A stretch of 64,000 nucleotides of DNA from Lachnospiraceae bacterium (GCA_024690885.1 JAILOI010000010.1:1830-65829), one strand, 5' to 3'. Shown: positions 11,105 to 23,304, counted from the first letter of the stretch. The notes: generated from the letters alone by a model not told the origin. Made by a program: numbers and translations.

Positions 11105-12412
11105 TTAGGATAATTCGGCAAATATCATCTTCGGTTTTGCAACCGGAGCATTGGAAAATTCATAGGCCCCTAGGACCTCTTTGGTTGCTGCCGCAGCAGA
11201 TGCCTTATCCCTGGCATAAATCGTGCACAAGGAATCGCCGCACTTTACGGCATCACCGATTTTTTTATGCAACACGCAGCCTACAGAGAGATCAATCTCA
11301 CTCTCTTTCGTGGCACGACCGCCACCTAGTAACATGGAGGCATGACCAATCGGGCGTGCTTCTAATTTGGACACGTATCCATCCTGAGGTGCTAACACGT
11401 CCACCACTTCTTTTGCCAGTGGTAACCGGGAAGGATCATCCACAAACCGGGGATCTCCGCCTTGGGCTGCAACAAACTCCCGTAACTTCCGAAGAGCTGC
11501 ACCGCTTTGGATACTTTCTTCCATCATGGCGATTGCCTCTGCTTCGGTGTTTGCTTTGCCGGCAAGTAAAATCATATGCTTTCCCAGGGCAAACACCACT
11601 TCCAGGAAATCCGCAGGGCCCTTGCCCTGTAAGGTCTCAATGGCCTCTAATACCTCTACACTGTTACCAACTGCATAGCCCAGCGGCTGTTCCATATTGG
11701 TAATGAGTGCATGGGTTTGCTTACCGGCACCCTTGCCGATATCTACCATGATTTGTGCCAACGCCTTGGCATCTTCCGCAGACTCCATAAATGCACCATT
11801 GCCCACTTTCACATCCAAAACGATGGCATCGGAACCGGAAGCTAATTTTTTGCTCATAATACTGCTGGCAATCAAAGACTTCTGGTTAACACAAGCGGTG
11901 GTATCACGCAGAGCATACAGTTTCTTATCTGCCGGAGCTAAATTCGCAGTCTGACCGGCAACCGCAATTCCAATGTCGTTCACATTCTGCTTAAACATAT
12001 GCTCGGGAATTGCAGTGGTAAAACCGGGAAAACACTCCAACTTGTCAATGGTACCGCCGGTATGACCCAAGCCACGACCGGACATCTTAGCAACCGGAAT
12101 CCCAAGAGATGCAACGATTGGGCCTAAGGCCATGGTGGTCTTATCTCCTACACCACCGGTGGAATGCTTATCCACCTTGATTCCATGTATTCCGCTTAAA
12201 TCCAATACATCGCCGGAATCACGCATCGCCATAGTCAGGGTGATGGTTTCTTCCATGGTCATCCCCTGGAAGTAAATCGCCATACACATTGCTGACATCT
12301 GATAATCCGGAATTTCACCCTTGGTATATCCGGCAATCATCCACTGAATTTCTTCTGTGGCAAGTGCCTCTCCCTGCTTCTTTTTTTCAATCAAGTCCAC
12401 CATTCTCATCAT
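11105..12412 (-). CDS. pdp: Pyrimidine-nucleoside phosphorylase
   Basis: DKHSTGGVGDK, SGRGLGHTGGTIDKLE, ASSIMSKK. Confidence 0.95.
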   Translation of the reverse strand: MMRMVDLIEKKKQGEALATEEIQWMIAGYTKGEIPDYQMSAMCMAIYFQGMTMEETITLTMAMRDSGDVLDLSGIHGIKVDKHSTGGVGDKTTMALGPIVASLGIPVAKMSGRGLGHTGGTIDKLECFPGFTTAIPEHMFKQNVNDIGIAVAGQTANLAPADKKLYALRDTTACVNQKSLIASSIMSKKLASGSDAIVLDVKVGNGAFMESAEDAKALAQIMVDIGKGAGKQTHALITNMEQPLGYAVGNSVEVLEAIETLQGKGPADFLEVVFALGKHMILLAGKANTEAEAIAMMEESIQSGAALRKLREFVAAQGGDPRFVDDPSRLPLAKEVVDVLAPQDGYVSKLEARPIGHASMLLGGGRATKESEIDLSVGCVLHKKIGDAVKCGDSLCTIYARDKASAAAATKEVLGAYEFSNAPVAKPKMIFAELS

Positions 12413-12424
12413 TGAACTTGCCTC

Positions 12425-12904
12425 CTATTTGTGATATGGTTCGTGGTTTAAAATGCGAAAGCCACGATATATTTGTTCCAAAAGAATCACGCGCATCAAC
12501 TGATGCGGAAAGGTCATCTTGGAAAAGCTAATGCCGTATTTGCAGCGGTCAATCACTTCCTGGCTTAACCCAAGGGAGCCACCAATCACAAAGGTCAGAT
12601 GACTGCCGCCTTCCTCTAGGCGTTTGCTGATGGTCTCGGCAAAGCTTTCCGAGTCCATCATCTTACCTTGGATGACAAGTGCGATGCACAGATCCCGATC
12701 CTTGATATGGGATAAAATGCGCTTGCCTTCTTTCTCCTGCACCAGAGCAATTTCCTTCTCCGACGCACGCTCTGAAGTCTTCTCGTCTGCCACTTCCACA
12801 ATCTCTAAATCCGTATATTTGGATAAGCGTTTGGAATACTCCAAAACACCATCCCGAAAATAGGATTCTTTTAATTTTCCAACACAAATGATCGTAATCT
12901 TCAT
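12425..12904 (-). CDS. rlmH: 23S rRNA pseudouridine1915-N3 methyltransferase RlmH
   Basis: MKITIICVGKLKE (start moved to ATG 12904), FVIGGSLG, MTFPHQLMR..LLEQIYR, HEPYHK. Confidence 0.96.
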   Translation of the reverse strand: MKITIICVGKLKESYFRDGVLEYSKRLSKYTDLEIVEVADEKTSERASEKEIALVQEKEGKRILSHIKDRDLCIALVIQGKMMDSESFAETISKRLEEGGSHLTFVIGGSLGLSQEVIDRCKYGISFSKMTFPHQLMRVILLEQIYRGFRILNHEPYHK

Positions 12905-12908
12905 AACG

Positions 12909-14024
12909 TTATGGGCGATAAATATAGTTGCATTGCAATACTTCACTGATCAAATCATGATCGTTGATGACAATGATCGACAAAATATTGTTACCTTCGG
13001 GAATCAAAATCGGTTCCGTATATTGGGCGGAATCTACGGTAGGAGTACTTCCGTCCCAGGTATAATACACCCGGTCTCCTTCCTTTTGTGGAGAGATGGT
13101 AATATAGGTTGCCTCCCGGAAGGTTCCATTGGATGGCGTGACGGTCGGATAATCCGGCGCCTTGTAAGTAATCCGGTATACTTCCTCCGTCTCGAATCCA
13201 AACTTTCCTTCTTCATTCTTGCAGATGGCCCGCACCTTGGTGGTGCCATCCGTAATAAGGATGCCCTTCTCATCATCATAAAGCAGTCCATCCTCCGGAG
13301 CCGTCCCATCCACGGTATAATAAATCTCAACACCCTTCGGTGCCGTTAAATAAAGTAATACATCGTCATCATAACGGCCGCCGATGATACTAAAGCTGGG
13401 TGGTAAGATCAGGGATGCATCAATCATAGCGAGGATTTCTTTATCCGACGTATAGGTTGCCAGCGCTTCGATTGATACGTAATCCCGATTGGCCTCATAG
13501 ATCTTGCAGAGAATCACATAGGCATCCGCATACCCATCATCCAGTGCAATGGCATCTAACAGATACTGCTCTGCCGTTTCATAATCTCCCATCCGATAGG
13601 CATTCTGTCCATAAGCAAAACAAGCCTCTGCCGTCTTATTCGCTGCAATGGCCATTTCATAATAGCCGTTGGCATCCTTGTACTCCTTGGCCTCGTCGCA
13701 AGCCGCTCCACGACTCATATAATATCCGTAGCTACGAATATAGCACTGCCAGGTCAAAAAGGCCGCAATGAAAACCGTCAGCGTAATCACCACCGCAGAC
13801 CAAATCATCAAGCGCTTCCGCTTAAATTCTTTGGTATTGGCAGACAGCTTTGCAGCAGTTGTATTCTGATTTGCACTCGCACCCGTCGGCTGCTTCTTGC
13901 CAACCATGGCAGGAAGCACATCATCGAGAGCATTGTAGTCCGGTACAATCTGTATGGTCTGACCACAATGCTCACAATAAATGCTGCCTTCCGGGATTTC
14001 ATTTTTGCAATTCGGACAAATCAT
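12909..14024 (-). CDS. Zinc-ribbon / single-TM / TPR / tandem Fn3-associated (CHB_HEX_C-like) protein
   Basis: CPNC..CEHC N-terminal ribbon, one TM, TPR-like helices, two IYYT.DG.P repeats. Confidence 0.8.
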   Translation of the reverse strand: MICPNCKNEIPEGSIYCEHCGQTIQIVPDYNALDDVLPAMVGKKQPTGASANQNTTAAKLSANTKEFKRKRLMIWSAVVITLTVFIAAFLTWQCYIRSYGYYMSRGAACDEAKEYKDANGYYEMAIAANKTAEACFAYGQNAYRMGDYETAEQYLLDAIALDDGYADAYVILCKIYEANRDYVSIEALATYTSDKEILAMIDASLILPPSFSIIGGRYDDDVLLYLTAPKGVEIYYTVDGTAPEDGLLYDDEKGILITDGTTKVRAICKNEEGKFGFETEEVYRITYKAPDYPTVTPSNGTFREATYITISPQKEGDRVYYTWDGSTPTVDSAQYTEPILIPEGNNILSIIVINDHDLISEVLQCNYIYRP

Positions 14025-14048
14025 AAACCATCCTCACAAAACTAGAAT

Positions 14049-15719
14049 CTAAAACAATCCGGTAATTACTCCATCATCGGTAACATCAATTCCATACGCA
14101 GCCGGCTTCTTCGGAAGACCCGGCATGGTCATAATATTACCTAACACACAAACCACAAATCCGGCTCCTGCAGAAGGATAAACCTCACGCACCGTAATAC
14201 GGAAGCCTTCCGGCCGTCCCAATGCCTTGGCATTATCAGACAAAGAATACTGGGTCTTGGCCATACAAACCGGGCAATTGCCCATGCCAATCTCCGTTAA
14301 GTGGGCAAGTTCCCGCTTGGCTGCCGGGCTGTAGTCAACTCCATCGGCACCGTAAATCTCCTTAGCGATGGTTTCAATCTTCTCTACAAGAGGTAACTCA
14401 TCCGCATACAACGGAGCAAAATTGCTTTCCTTGTGTTCCAAAACATCCAACACCTTGTTTGCTAAAGCAATACCGCCTTCGCCACCCTTCTCCCAAACTT
14501 CGGAGAGTGCGAATTCGCAACCACGGTCCTCACAGAACTTCTGAACGAAGTCTGTCTCCGCCTTGGTATCGGTAACGAAAGAATTTAACGTCACAACAAT
14601 CGGTACCCCATACTTCTGCAAGTTCTCAATGTGCTTCTCCAAATTTACGATACCCTTCTTCAAGGCATCCAAGTTCTCTGCACTTAAGTCTTCCTTAGCA
14701 ACGCCACCGTTGTACTTTAAAGCACGAATGGTTGCTACCAGAACAACCGCATCCGGATGCAAACCGGCCATACGACACTTAATGTCAAAGAACTTCTCAG
14801 CACCCAAGTCTGCACCGAATCCTGCCTCGGTTACCGTAATGTCTGCCAACTTCATTGCCGCCTTGGTGGCACGAACGCTGTTGCAGCCGTGTGCAATGTT
14901 GGCAAAAGGTCCACCGTGAACGATGGCCGGTGTATGCTCCAAAGTCTGAATCACGTTTGGAAGCAGGGCGTCTTTTAATAGGGCGGCCATCGCTCCAACT
15001 GCCTGTAAATCTCCGGCAGTAACCGGAGCTCCCTCGTAATTGTAAGCAACGATGATACGGCTTAAGCGCTCCTTCAAATCTTTCAAATCAGTTGCCAAGC
15101 AAAAGATTGCCATAATCTCAGAAGCAACGGTAATGACGAAATGATCTTCGCGCACAAATCCGTCTGCTTTCGCGCCCAAACCAACCACAATATTACGAAG
15201 GACTCGATCGTTCATATCTTCGCAACGCTTCCAGCAGATGGTACGTGCATCAATGCCCAGTTCGTTGCCCTGCTGAATGTGGTTATCCAATAATGCTGCT
15301 AATAAGTTGTTGGCAGCAGTAATGGCATGGAAGTCACCGGTAAAGTGTAAATTCAAATCTTCCATAGGAACTACCTGGGCATATCCGCCACCGGCAGCTC
15401 CACCTTTGATACCAAAGCAAGGTCCTAAGGACGGCTCACGTAGTGCAAGCATCGCTTTCTTTCCAAGTTTGCCGAAGGCCTGTCCCAAACCAATGCTTGT
15501 GGTGGTTTTGCCTTCTCCGGCGGGCGTAGGATTGATTGCAGTAACCAATACTAATTTGCCATCCGGACGATCGGATACGCGACGAAGCAAATCTTCGGAA
15601 AGCTTTGCTTTGTACTTGCCGTACATCTCAATATCATCCGCCGTTACTCCATATGGCTTCATGACATCAACGATTGGTTCCATTACTGCAGACTGTGCAA
15701 TCTCGATATCGCTCTTCAA
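14049..15719 (-). CDS. fhs: Formate--tetrahydrofolate ligase
   Basis: [37 protein letters not shown]; TTG start with GGAGG RBS. Confidence 0.97.
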   Translation of the reverse strand: MKSDIEIAQSAVMEPIVDVMKPYGVTADDIEMYGKYKAKLSEDLLRRVSDRPDGKLVLVTAINPTPAGEGKTTTSIGLGQAFGKLGKKAMLALREPSLGPCFGIKGGAAGGGYAQVVPMEDLNLHFTGDFHAITAANNLLAALLDNHIQQGNELGIDARTICWKRCEDMNDRVLRNIVVGLGAKADGFVREDHFVITVASEIMAIFCLATDLKDLKERLSRIIVAYNYEGAPVTAGDLQAVGAMAALLKDALLPNVIQTLEHTPAIVHGGPFANIAHGCNSVRATKAAMKLADITVTEAGFGADLGAEKFFDIKCRMAGLHPDAVVLVATIRALKYNGGVAKEDLSAENLDALKKGIVNLEKHIENLQKYGVPIVVTLNSFVTDTKAETDFVQKFCEDRGCEFALSEVWEKGGEGGIALANKVLDVLEHKESNFAPLYADELPLVEKIETIAKEIYGADGVDYSPAAKRELAHLTEIGMGNCPVCMAKTQYSLSDNAKALGRPEGFRITVREVYPSAGAGFVVCVLGNIMTMPGLPKKPAAYGIDVTDDGVITGLF

Positions 15720-15751
15720 CTCTAAACTTCCTCCAAATTTTACAATATGAT

Positions 15752-18364
15752 TTATAAATTAGTAGTGTCCGAAGACCCTAGTAATTCCTCTAACTGCGGT
15801 GTCGTCATCAACACCTTCCGTGGCTTGGTCCCCTCTTCCGGGCCAACCACGCCAAACTCCTCTAACTGATCCATGATACGGGCAGCACGGTTAAAACCGA
15901 TTTTAAAATTACGCTGTAACATACCGATGGATGCTTTCTCCTTGTCTACAATCAAACGGGCCGAGGCTTCAAAATACGAATCTCTGGCATCATCCCCACC
16001 GGAATCTCCACCGATGGCCGTGCCACCACTGGCGGCAGAAGGCATAGCTTCAATTTCACTGGTCACCTTGGATGCATGCTCCTTGGCCTCATCACTTGGA
16101 TGATTGTGTTTCTTGATGAAATCCACCACGGCGGAAACTTCACTATCGGAAACGAAGGCACCCTGCACACGCAGCGGCTTCGTAAATCCCTGAGGATAAT
16201 ACAACATATCTCCTTTGCCCAGAAGTTTCTCTGCACCACCCATATCCAGAATGGTACGGGAATCCACGGCAGAACTTACCGCAAAGGCAATACGGGATGG
16301 CATATTGGCTTTGATCAAACCGGTAATAACATCCACAGACGGACGCTGAGTCGCAATCACTAAGTGAATACCGGCTGCACGGGCCAACTGGGCCAATCGG
16401 CAAATCGCTTCCTCCACTTCGTTGGAAGCCACCATCATCAAATCTGCCAACTCGTCTACGATGACCACAATCTGCGGCATCTTGGCCGTAGCCACATCCA
16501 CAGAATTGCCGTTGGCATCACTGACCGTGATGACACCATTGTGAATCTTCTCGTTAAAGCCCTTCATATCACGCACACCGGCATCGGCGAATTTCTGATA
16601 ACGATCCGTCATCTCCTTCACCGCCCAGTTTAAGGCGCCCGCCGCTTTCTTCGGATCGGTGACAACCGGACATAACAAATGTGGAATGCCGTTATAAACG
16701 GATAATTCCACCACCTTCGGATCAATCATGATAAACTTCACATCGTCCGGATGGGCCTTGTAGAGAATACTCATAATAATGGTATTGATGCAGACTGACT
16801 TACCGGAACCGGTGGTACCGGCAATCAATACATGCGGCATTTTGGCAATGTCTGCCACCATGACGTTACCACCAATATCACGACCGGCAGAAAAGGCAAT
16901 CTTACTCTTGCTGTTGGCAAATTCCTTGGATTCCATCAACTCTCGGAAGGATACCATGGTGACATCCTTGTTTGGAACCTCTATACCAACGGCCGCCTTG
17001 CCCGGAATCGGTGCTTCGATTCGAATATCCGAAGCCGCAAGGTTTAGCTTAATATCATCTGCCAAGTTTACAATCTTCGAAACCTTCACGCCCATCTCCG
17101 GCTGCATCTCATAACGGGTAACGGCCGGACCACAGCTAACATCGGTAATGGTTACATTCACACCGAAGTTCTTTAAGGTCTGTTGTAATTTGTTGGCGGT
17201 CTCCTGCAGGGTTTGCTTGGAGGTACCACCATTCTTATTGTTGGCCGCCTTCAATAAATTGATTGGCGGGAACTGATAATCTGAATGGCTCTCGGTGATT
17301 GGCGCCATGGTCATCGGTGCGTTTGCTTCCGTTGTCTTCTCTGTTGCTTGTGCCTGCGCTTTCGTCCTGGAACGACTAGGTTGCTGTACCGGAGATTCCG
17401 GTGCAGGCTCCGGTTTTACCTCTGTAGCAGGGGTTGGATCATAGGTCTGAATCTTCACCGGAGTCGGAAGAACCGTCGGTTCATCGTATCCATCGGAACG
17501 CAAGGATACACGATTCACTTCATCCACCTGCATATGGATTTCATTCACTCCATCCTGGGCAGCCACCGTGGGCACCGGATCCGCCAAAAGCGTATCCATG
17601 GTAACGCCGCGATAGGACTCCCGATTCTCCGTCACTGTTCCATCTGCCGGTTTGGTTTCTGCAAGTTCGTGTGCCCGTTCTTTCCGAGCACGCCGCTCTT
17701 CCCGGTGCAGTTCGGAACGCTTCCGATAGTTTCTGGCAGAACGCTTCAAACCACGTAAGGTGGACTTCTCTGTAATAATCACCACACAGATGATAAGGCC
17801 AATCACCGTCACAATGTATGCTCCGGCCAAGCCAAATCCCATAAATAAAAGACTGGCGAGCAAGCCACCCAAAAGGCCGCCGCCGATTTTAAAATGGAAG
17901 CCATTGTGATATGCAGCCAAAGCGCCTACCACTGCAGACTCATGGGTCAAAAGTTCAATCAAGCAGCAAACCAAAAGCAATGCCATAATCATGGAAATCA
18001 GCTTCGGAATCGCCAGTACGTTGTCCCGGTTGGAAACCATAAAGAAGGTGCCAAGCAATAAGGCAACCGGAAATACATAGGCTAATAAACCGATCACACC
18101 AAAGACAAAGGAGCTAACCGCATTGCCCACCAAACCACCAACACCGAAATTGCTAAGGAGTAAAATCAAAGAAATCGCAAGAACTCCCCAGAGAATCAGC
18201 TCCGTACGAATATGATGATCCGTCTCAAGTCCCTGCTCAATGACCACCGTCTGACGTTTCTTCGCAGCATTGGTCTGCTGGGAAGATGTACGGCGATTGG
18301 TCTTCTTCGATGTCGAACTTTTGGATGTATTCTGTTGTTTCCTCTTAGAAGAATTCGTTGCCAT
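15752..18364 (-). CDS. ftsK: DNA translocase FtsK/SpoIIIE
   Basis: N-terminal 4TM, linker, [24 protein letters not shown], gamma domain IGFNRAAR; likely start ATG 18364. Confidence 0.95.
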   Translation of the reverse strand: MATNSSKRKQQNTSKSSTSKKTNRRTSSQQTNAAKKRQTVVIEQGLETDHHIRTELILWGVLAISLILLLSNFGVGGLVGNAVSSFVFGVIGLLAYVFPVALLLGTFFMVSNRDNVLAIPKLISMIMALLLVCCLIELLTHESAVVGALAAYHNGFHFKIGGGLLGGLLASLLFMGFGLAGAYIVTVIGLIICVVIITEKSTLRGLKRSARNYRKRSELHREERRARKERAHELAETKPADGTVTENRESYRGVTMDTLLADPVPTVAAQDGVNEIHMQVDEVNRVSLRSDGYDEPTVLPTPVKIQTYDPTPATEVKPEPAPESPVQQPSRSRTKAQAQATEKTTEANAPMTMAPITESHSDYQFPPINLLKAANNKNGGTSKQTLQETANKLQQTLKNFGVNVTITDVSCGPAVTRYEMQPEMGVKVSKIVNLADDIKLNLAASDIRIEAPIPGKAAVGIEVPNKDVTMVSFRELMESKEFANSKSKIAFSAGRDIGGNVMVADIAKMPHVLIAGTTGSGKSVCINTIIMSILYKAHPDDVKFIMIDPKVVELSVYNGIPHLLCPVVTDPKKAAGALNWAVKEMTDRYQKFADAGVRDMKGFNEKIHNGVITVSDANGNSVDVATAKMPQIVVIVDELADLMMVASNEVEEAICRLAQLARAAGIHLVIATQRPSVDVITGLIKANMPSRIAFAVSSAVDSRTILDMGGAEKLLGKGDMLYYPQGFTKPLRVQGAFVSDSEVSAVVDFIKKHNHPSDEAKEHASKVTSEIEAMPSAASGGTAIGGDSGGDDARDSYFEASARLIVDKEKASIGMLQRNFKIGFNRAARIMDQLEEFGVVGPEEGTKPRKVLMTTPQLEELLGSSDTTNL

Positions 18365-18449
18365 GTAGTTATTCCTATCTATAAATTTGTATCTGCCAAA
18401 CTGCGCACATACACTGATAACTTTACCATATTTAGTGGTTTTGTTCCAC

Positions 18450-18499
18450 AAAAAAAGAAGGAAATCCACTACAAAATGTAGTTTTAACGGATTTCCTTC
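18450..18499 (-). terminator. Intrinsic terminator after glgA
   Basis: GAAGGAAATCC...GGATTTCCTTC stem followed by a U7 tail on minus. Confidence 0.8.
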
Positions 18500-18508
18500 C
18501 ACAATTTT

Positions 18509-19960
18509 TTATGATCCAATCAAATAGCGATACAAACCTTCGTAATTTCCCTTGGAACGACTCCAGGAATAATCCTTCTGCATTCCCCGTTCCACCATCT
18601 TGTTCCACTGGGTTTTCTTCACGAAATAGATGTACTTGGAGTAGTTTACGGTATTCAACAGTTCATCCCCGTTATAGTTCATGAAGGAGAAACCATCTCC
18701 GGTCTTCTCATATTCGTTGTAGGCTTCTACCGTATCCTTCAGTCCTCCGGTTTCCCGCACAATGGGGACCGTGCCATAACGGAAGGAAATGAGCTGTGTC
18801 AAACCACAAGGTTCAAACCGGGACGGCATCAAGAACGCATCTGCAGCCGCATACAATTTACGTGCCAAATCATCACTGTAGCAAATGTTTGCCGAAATGC
18901 GATCCGGATACTTCCACGCATAATGACGGAACATATTCTCATACTTGGATTCACCGGTACCAATCACCACCAGCTGGGTATTACTATCCACAATACCTTC
19001 GATGCAGTAATTGATCAAATCCAATCCCTTCTGATCGGTCAGACGAGAAACCAAACCAATCATATACTTCTTGGAGTCCACATCTAAATCCAAATCTTCT
19101 TGCAGACGTTCCTTATTGATTTTCTTAAACTTACGGAAATTGGATACGTTGAAGTTCTTATACAGCGCTTCATCGGTTTCCGGATTATAGGAATCATAAT
19201 CAATACCATTGATGATACCTTGCATATCAAAATGACGCGAACCAAGTAGCCCATCCAATCCTTCACCATAATACGGCGTCTGAATCTCATTGGCATAGGT
19301 TCCACTAACGGTGGTGATGTAATCCGCATATACCAGGCCACCCTTTAACATATTGCCGGACTTATTAAACTCCAGCTTGTCCGGAGTAAATAATTCCATC
19401 GGCAATCCGGAGAGTCCCTGTAAGGTCTTCACATCCCAGATACCCTGAAACTTCAGGTTATGAATGGTCATAATGGTTTTCATATTCCAGAAAAACGGAT
19501 TCCCTTGAAACTCCGTTTTGAGATATACCGGAATCAAACCGGTCTGCCAGTCGTGGCAATGAATCAAATCCGGGCGAAAATCCACCACGGGAAGCATGGA
19601 TAAAACCGCCTTATCAAAATAGGTGAATTTCTCCATGTCCCAGCGGGTTTCGCTATATGGATAAAAGCATTCGAAGTACTCTAAATTGTCGATGAAGTAA
19701 TAGGTGATGCCAGCCAGTTCGTATTCCATCACCCCCACATATTTCGTTCCGATAAACGGACCGCAATCCATCTGGAAGCTGGTCTTATACTTGAACTGAT
19801 CCCGATATTTCGGGGGAATACAGGTATAATCCGGAAGCACAACACGGATGTCCCATTCCTCCTTGTCGAATTCCTTCGGCAAAGCACCGACTACATCGGC
19901 CAGTCCACCGGTCTTAACAAATGGTACACATTCGCTGGATGCAAATAATATCTTCTTCAT
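18509..19960 (-). CDS. glgA: Glycogen synthase
   Basis: KTGGLADV, HCHDWQT, TIHNLKFQG, PSRFEPCGL. Confidence 0.96.
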   Translation of the reverse strand: MKKILFASSECVPFVKTGGLADVVGALPKEFDKEEWDIRVVLPDYTCIPPKYRDQFKYKTSFQMDCGPFIGTKYVGVMEYELAGITYYFIDNLEYFECFYPYSETRWDMEKFTYFDKAVLSMLPVVDFRPDLIHCHDWQTGLIPVYLKTEFQGNPFFWNMKTIMTIHNLKFQGIWDVKTLQGLSGLPMELFTPDKLEFNKSGNMLKGGLVYADYITTVSGTYANEIQTPYYGEGLDGLLGSRHFDMQGIINGIDYDSYNPETDEALYKNFNVSNFRKFKKINKERLQEDLDLDVDSKKYMIGLVSRLTDQKGLDLINYCIEGIVDSNTQLVVIGTGESKYENMFRHYAWKYPDRISANICYSDDLARKLYAAADAFLMPSRFEPCGLTQLISFRYGTVPIVRETGGLKDTVEAYNEYEKTGDGFSFMNYNGDELLNTVNYSKYIYFVKKTQWNKMVERGMQKDYSWSRSKGNYEGLYRYLIGS

Positions 19961-19995
19961 GACAAAAGCCCCCTTATATCATTATTGTACCCCTA

Positions 19996-20724
19996 TTATT
20001 CGTCCCAATTGTGGAAGACTTCTTGTACATCGTCATCCTCATCCAATAAGTCCAAAATGCGGTTGATGCATTTTAAATCTTCTTCGTCGGTTAAGGTGAC
20101 ATAGGTCTGCGGAAGCATGGTAACTTCTGCAGAAGCCATCGGAATACTCTGCTGTTCCAACGCTTCACGAACAGCTGTAAAATCATCCGGCGCCGTTAAT
20201 ACTTCATAAGAATCCTCTTCCTCAGAGAAATCTTCTGCGCCGGCATCCAATGCCATCATCATCAAATCATCCGCATCCATCTCTACTTCTTCCTTCGCGA
20301 TGATGATCTGTCCCTTCTCATCGAACATGTAGGATACGCAACCCTGGGTTCCGATGCTTCCATGTCCCTTGGTGAAGGCACTACGTACATTGGCAGCGGT
20401 ACGATTCTTGTTGTCGGTTAAGGCACGTACAATAATTGCAGTACCGCTTGGGCCATAGCCTTCATAGGTAACGGTCTCGTAATTTACGGAGTTGGCATCT
20501 CCGGCAGCCTTCTTAATACCACGATCGATGGTATCGTTTGGCATATTGTTGGCCTTCGCTTTTGCAATCACGTCACGGAGACGGGAGTTGTTGGCCGGAT
20601 CCGGGCCACCCTCTTTGACTGCAACTGCAATTTCTCTACCGATAATGGTAAAAATCTTACCCTTGGCAGCGTCGTTCTTCTCCTTTTTATGCTTAATGTT
20701 GGCAAATTTTGAATGTCCTGACAT
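19996..20724 (-). CDS. yebC: YebC/PmpR-family protein
   Basis: [37 protein letters not shown]. Confidence 0.95.
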   Translation of the reverse strand: MSGHSKFANIKHKKEKNDAAKGKIFTIIGREIAVAVKEGGPDPANNSRLRDVIAKAKANNMPNDTIDRGIKKAAGDANSVNYETVTYEGYGPSGTAIIVRALTDNKNRTAANVRSAFTKGHGSIGTQGCVSYMFDEKGQIIIAKEEVEMDADDLMMMALDAGAEDFSEEEDSYEVLTAPDDFTAVREALEQQSIPMASAEVTMLPQTYVTLTDEEDLKCINRILDLLDEDDDVQEVFHNWDE

Positions 20725-20765
20725 AAACCTTAAAAATCCTTTCTCATCCTTCTAAAATCACTTTA

Positions 20766-20794
20766 AGTGTATCATTTTTGTGTTCCATCATCAA
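20766..20794 (-). promoter_or_regulatory. Candidate sigma-A promoter for yebC
   Basis: TTGATG-17-TACACT with extended TGn, overlapping the 3' end of the CBS gene. Confidence 0.5.
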
Positions 20795-21644
20795 GGCGAC
20801 TCACCCGTACTTTGGAGATTCTGCGGCCTTCCACATCTAAGATTTCGAAGCGGTATCCATAGGCATCCACCGAAAAAGTTGCATGCTCCTCAGGAATCTT
20901 GCCATATCGATCAATCAAAAAACCGTTCAGGGTTTCAAATTCCAAATCCGAAAAGTCCACCCCTAACCGCTCTCCCACATCTTCGAGGCTGACTAAACCT
21001 TCCATCTCGTAGAAGTCTTCAATCTTGGAGATTTCTTCGTGCTCGTCGTCATGCTCATCCTGGATGTTGCCTACGATTTCCTCCAAAATATCCTCTAAGG
21101 TAATCAATCCGCTGGTCTGCCCATATTCATCCACCACAATGATCATGTGAGACTTGGTATATTGCATCTGGGTAAACAAGGTATTGATTCCATGGGTTTC
21201 CGGAACGAATTCCGGCGTACGTAAGATATCTAAATCCCGTACTTTCCGATGATACTGTTCCGTCTTGGTGGCCAAGCCAAACATATCCCGCAAGTGAATG
21301 ATACCGATGATGTTGTCCAAGTCTTCCAGATAAACCGGAATTCTGGAAAAATGATTCTCATTAAAGAACTTAATGGCATCCCCTAAGGTAGATTCCCCGT
21401 CCAGGGCAATGATGTCCTTCCGATGTACCATTACATCTTTGGCATCCTTGTCATCAAACTCAAAAATGTTTTGAATCATAGTTGCTTCCGTAGCCCGAAG
21501 ATTACCGGCTTCATGGCTTTCATTCACCATGGAAATAATTTCTTCTTCCACCGCATCTTCTTCCCCATGGTGTCGAAACACCCCGGCTACTTTTTGCAAG
21601 AAAGTTTTGTTCTTCTTTTGGGGGTTGGGATAATCTGTATCCAT
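20772..21644 (-). CDS. CBS-pair/CorC_HlyC protein (hemolysin/CNNM family, no TM domain)
   Basis: FSRIPVY, VVDEYGQTSGLITLEDILEEIVG, TLNGF; ATG 21644 with AAGGAG RBS. Confidence 0.88.
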   Translation of the reverse strand: MDTDYPNPQKKNKTFLQKVAGVFRHHGEEDAVEEEIISMVNESHEAGNLRATEATMIQNIFEFDDKDAKDVMVHRKDIIALDGESTLGDAIKFFNENHFSRIPVYLEDLDNIIGIIHLRDMFGLATKTEQYHRKVRDLDILRTPEFVPETHGINTLFTQMQYTKSHMIIVVDEYGQTSGLITLEDILEEIVGNIQDEHDDEHEEISKIEDFYEMEGLVSLEDVGERLGVDFSDLEFETLNGFLIDRYGKIPEEHATFSVDAYGYRFEILDVEGRRISKVRVSRLDDGTQK

Positions 21645-21674
21645 GTCACACTCCTTTACATAAAACAAACACTG

Positions 21675-22607
21675 TTATACTGTATCGCGAAGCCTCTCGA
21701 ATTTCAAGAGACACTTTCCGATTCCATCCCATAAGTCAGATGCCATCAAGGCCGCCCGGCCCACTTCCTCGGCCATCAAATCTCCGGCCGCGCCATGGAT
21801 ATACATTCCCAGGCACGCAGCGGTATATGCATCATATCCTTGGGCCAAAAGCGAAACCATCAGTCCCGCCAATACATCCCCGCTTCCGGCAGTGGCCATC
21901 CCATCATTACCAGTGGAATTGAGATAGGTTTTATGATTCCCGGCACATACCACGCTTCGCGCATTCTTCAGTGCCAGCACCACCCGATGCGCTTCTGCAA
22001 ATGCTTCACCAAAAGATGTCATATGGCCCGTAATCTCAGAAATCTCGCATCCCAACAGACGGCTCATCTCACCCATATGAGGAGTTAGAATCACATCCTG
22101 CGGGCACTCCTCCAACAAATCAAGTTCCCGGGCCAACAGATTTAATCCATCCGCATCGATGATGAGTGGCTTTTTGCAGCAGGTGCAAACCAGCTCCAGC
22201 AAAGTCTTGGCCGTATCTGACATCGACAAGCCCGGTCCAATTAATACGGCATCCGCCCAATCCATCCAGGCATACAACCGCTCCTGCAATCCATCCCTTG
22301 CCTCTCCCTCCTCATAGGTACCAAGCAAAGACTCCGGACAGGCGGTTTGCAAAATGATGCGATTACATTCCACCGTCACCACCCGAACCATACCGCAGCC
22401 GCCACGTAAGGCAGCTTTGGCCGATAGAATTGCGGCGCCGGCCATCTGATAACTTCCGGCAATGATCAGCGCTTTGCCAAAAGTTCCCTTGTTTCCATAG
22501 GGGTCTCTGGGTTTTAATTGGTTCCACACATCCGCTTGTGTGAATGTAAAGAAGCCATTACGAGCCTCATTCGCACCCGTAATGGCAATCCATTCTTCCT
22601 TATGCAT
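21675..22607 (-). CDS. nnrD: ADP-dependent NAD(P)H-hydrate dehydratase
   Basis: NKGTFG, GPGL, IDADGLN, TPHMGEM, ATAGSGDVLAG; no epimerase domain; start ATG 22607. Confidence 0.92.
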   Translation of the reverse strand: MHKEEWIAITGANEARNGFFTFTQADVWNQLKPRDPYGNKGTFGKALIIAGSYQMAGAAILSAKAALRGGCGMVRVVTVECNRIILQTACPESLLGTYEEGEARDGLQERLYAWMDWADAVLIGPGLSMSDTAKTLLELVCTCCKKPLIIDADGLNLLARELDLLEECPQDVILTPHMGEMSRLLGCEISEITGHMTSFGEAFAEAHRVVLALKNARSVVCAGNHKTYLNSTGNDGMATAGSGDVLAGLMVSLLAQGYDAYTAACLGMYIHGAAGDLMAEEVGRAALMASDLWDGIGKCLLKFERLRDTV

Positions 22608-23304
22608 TAAAATTCTCCGTAGGCGTTTCCTTCGGTGCCTCTTTGTGCGCGGCAGCAGGTACCGCCTTGTCCGTGGCGGCAGTCGCCCCTTCCGCAACCT
22701 TCTGTTCCTCTTCGTATTTTACATCAAATAAGTTGATAACATCCCGTCCGAAAATATCATGCATGTAGGAGTAAATCTCCTTGTTGTTGATTTCCCGATT
22801 CTGCTTCTTGATGATATTCTTCTTCAGCTCCACGCGAACATTGGTAATCCAATCGGTGATTTCCGTAATCTCATTGGAATTGATGCGCAGCTTCTCATAA
22901 CAGAACGCCATGGTGCGCATCATCAATTCTTCATTCACGTCTTTGATTTCCTTCGGAAGTTCTAATAAGCGATCCTCGTCCTGCGTTAAACGCTGGTTGG
23001 TTTCTTCAATCAGACGCTTGTTGTCGTCCAATTTTTTGGCGTGCGAATCCGTGGAAGCATCCCCTTCGGCTCCTTCCATATTCACCACAATACCTTCCAT
23101 CAGTTTGTTCTTCACAGACTTTAAGTCCTTGATTTCCTGATTCAACTTCCCCTGAAGTTGTAGAAGTTCATTGAGTTCTACTTCTTTCGCCTTCACCTCT
23201 TCCGGCTTGCCGGAAATAGCAAACAGGCGATGCCACTTCTGATCCAGTACCAGGACCGGAATCTTCGCACTTTTCAGTGCCGCTTTAAAAACCACCTCAT
23301 CCAT
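22600..23304 (-). CDS. Conserved hypothetical coiled-coil protein
   Basis: Long heptad-rich 234-aa ORF, tightly coupled between rex and nnrD. Confidence 0.8.
   Translation of the reverse strand: MDEVVFKAALKSAKIPVLVLDQKWHRLFAISGKPEEVKAKEVELNELLQLQGKLNQEIKDLKSVKNKLMEGIVVNMEGAEGDASTDSHAKKLDDNKRLIEETNQRLTQDEDRLLELPKEIKDVNEELMMRTMAFCYEKLRINSNEITEITDWITNVRVELKKNIIKKQNREINNKEIYSYMHDIFGRDVINLFDVKYEEEQKVAEGATAATDKAVPAAAHKEAPKETPTENFNA

Noticed and set aside
20772-21668. CBS/CorC gene as a truncated pseudogene lacking the DUF21 TM domain
   Set aside because: Good RBS and start, intact frame, no upstream remnant; soluble CorC-type proteins are known
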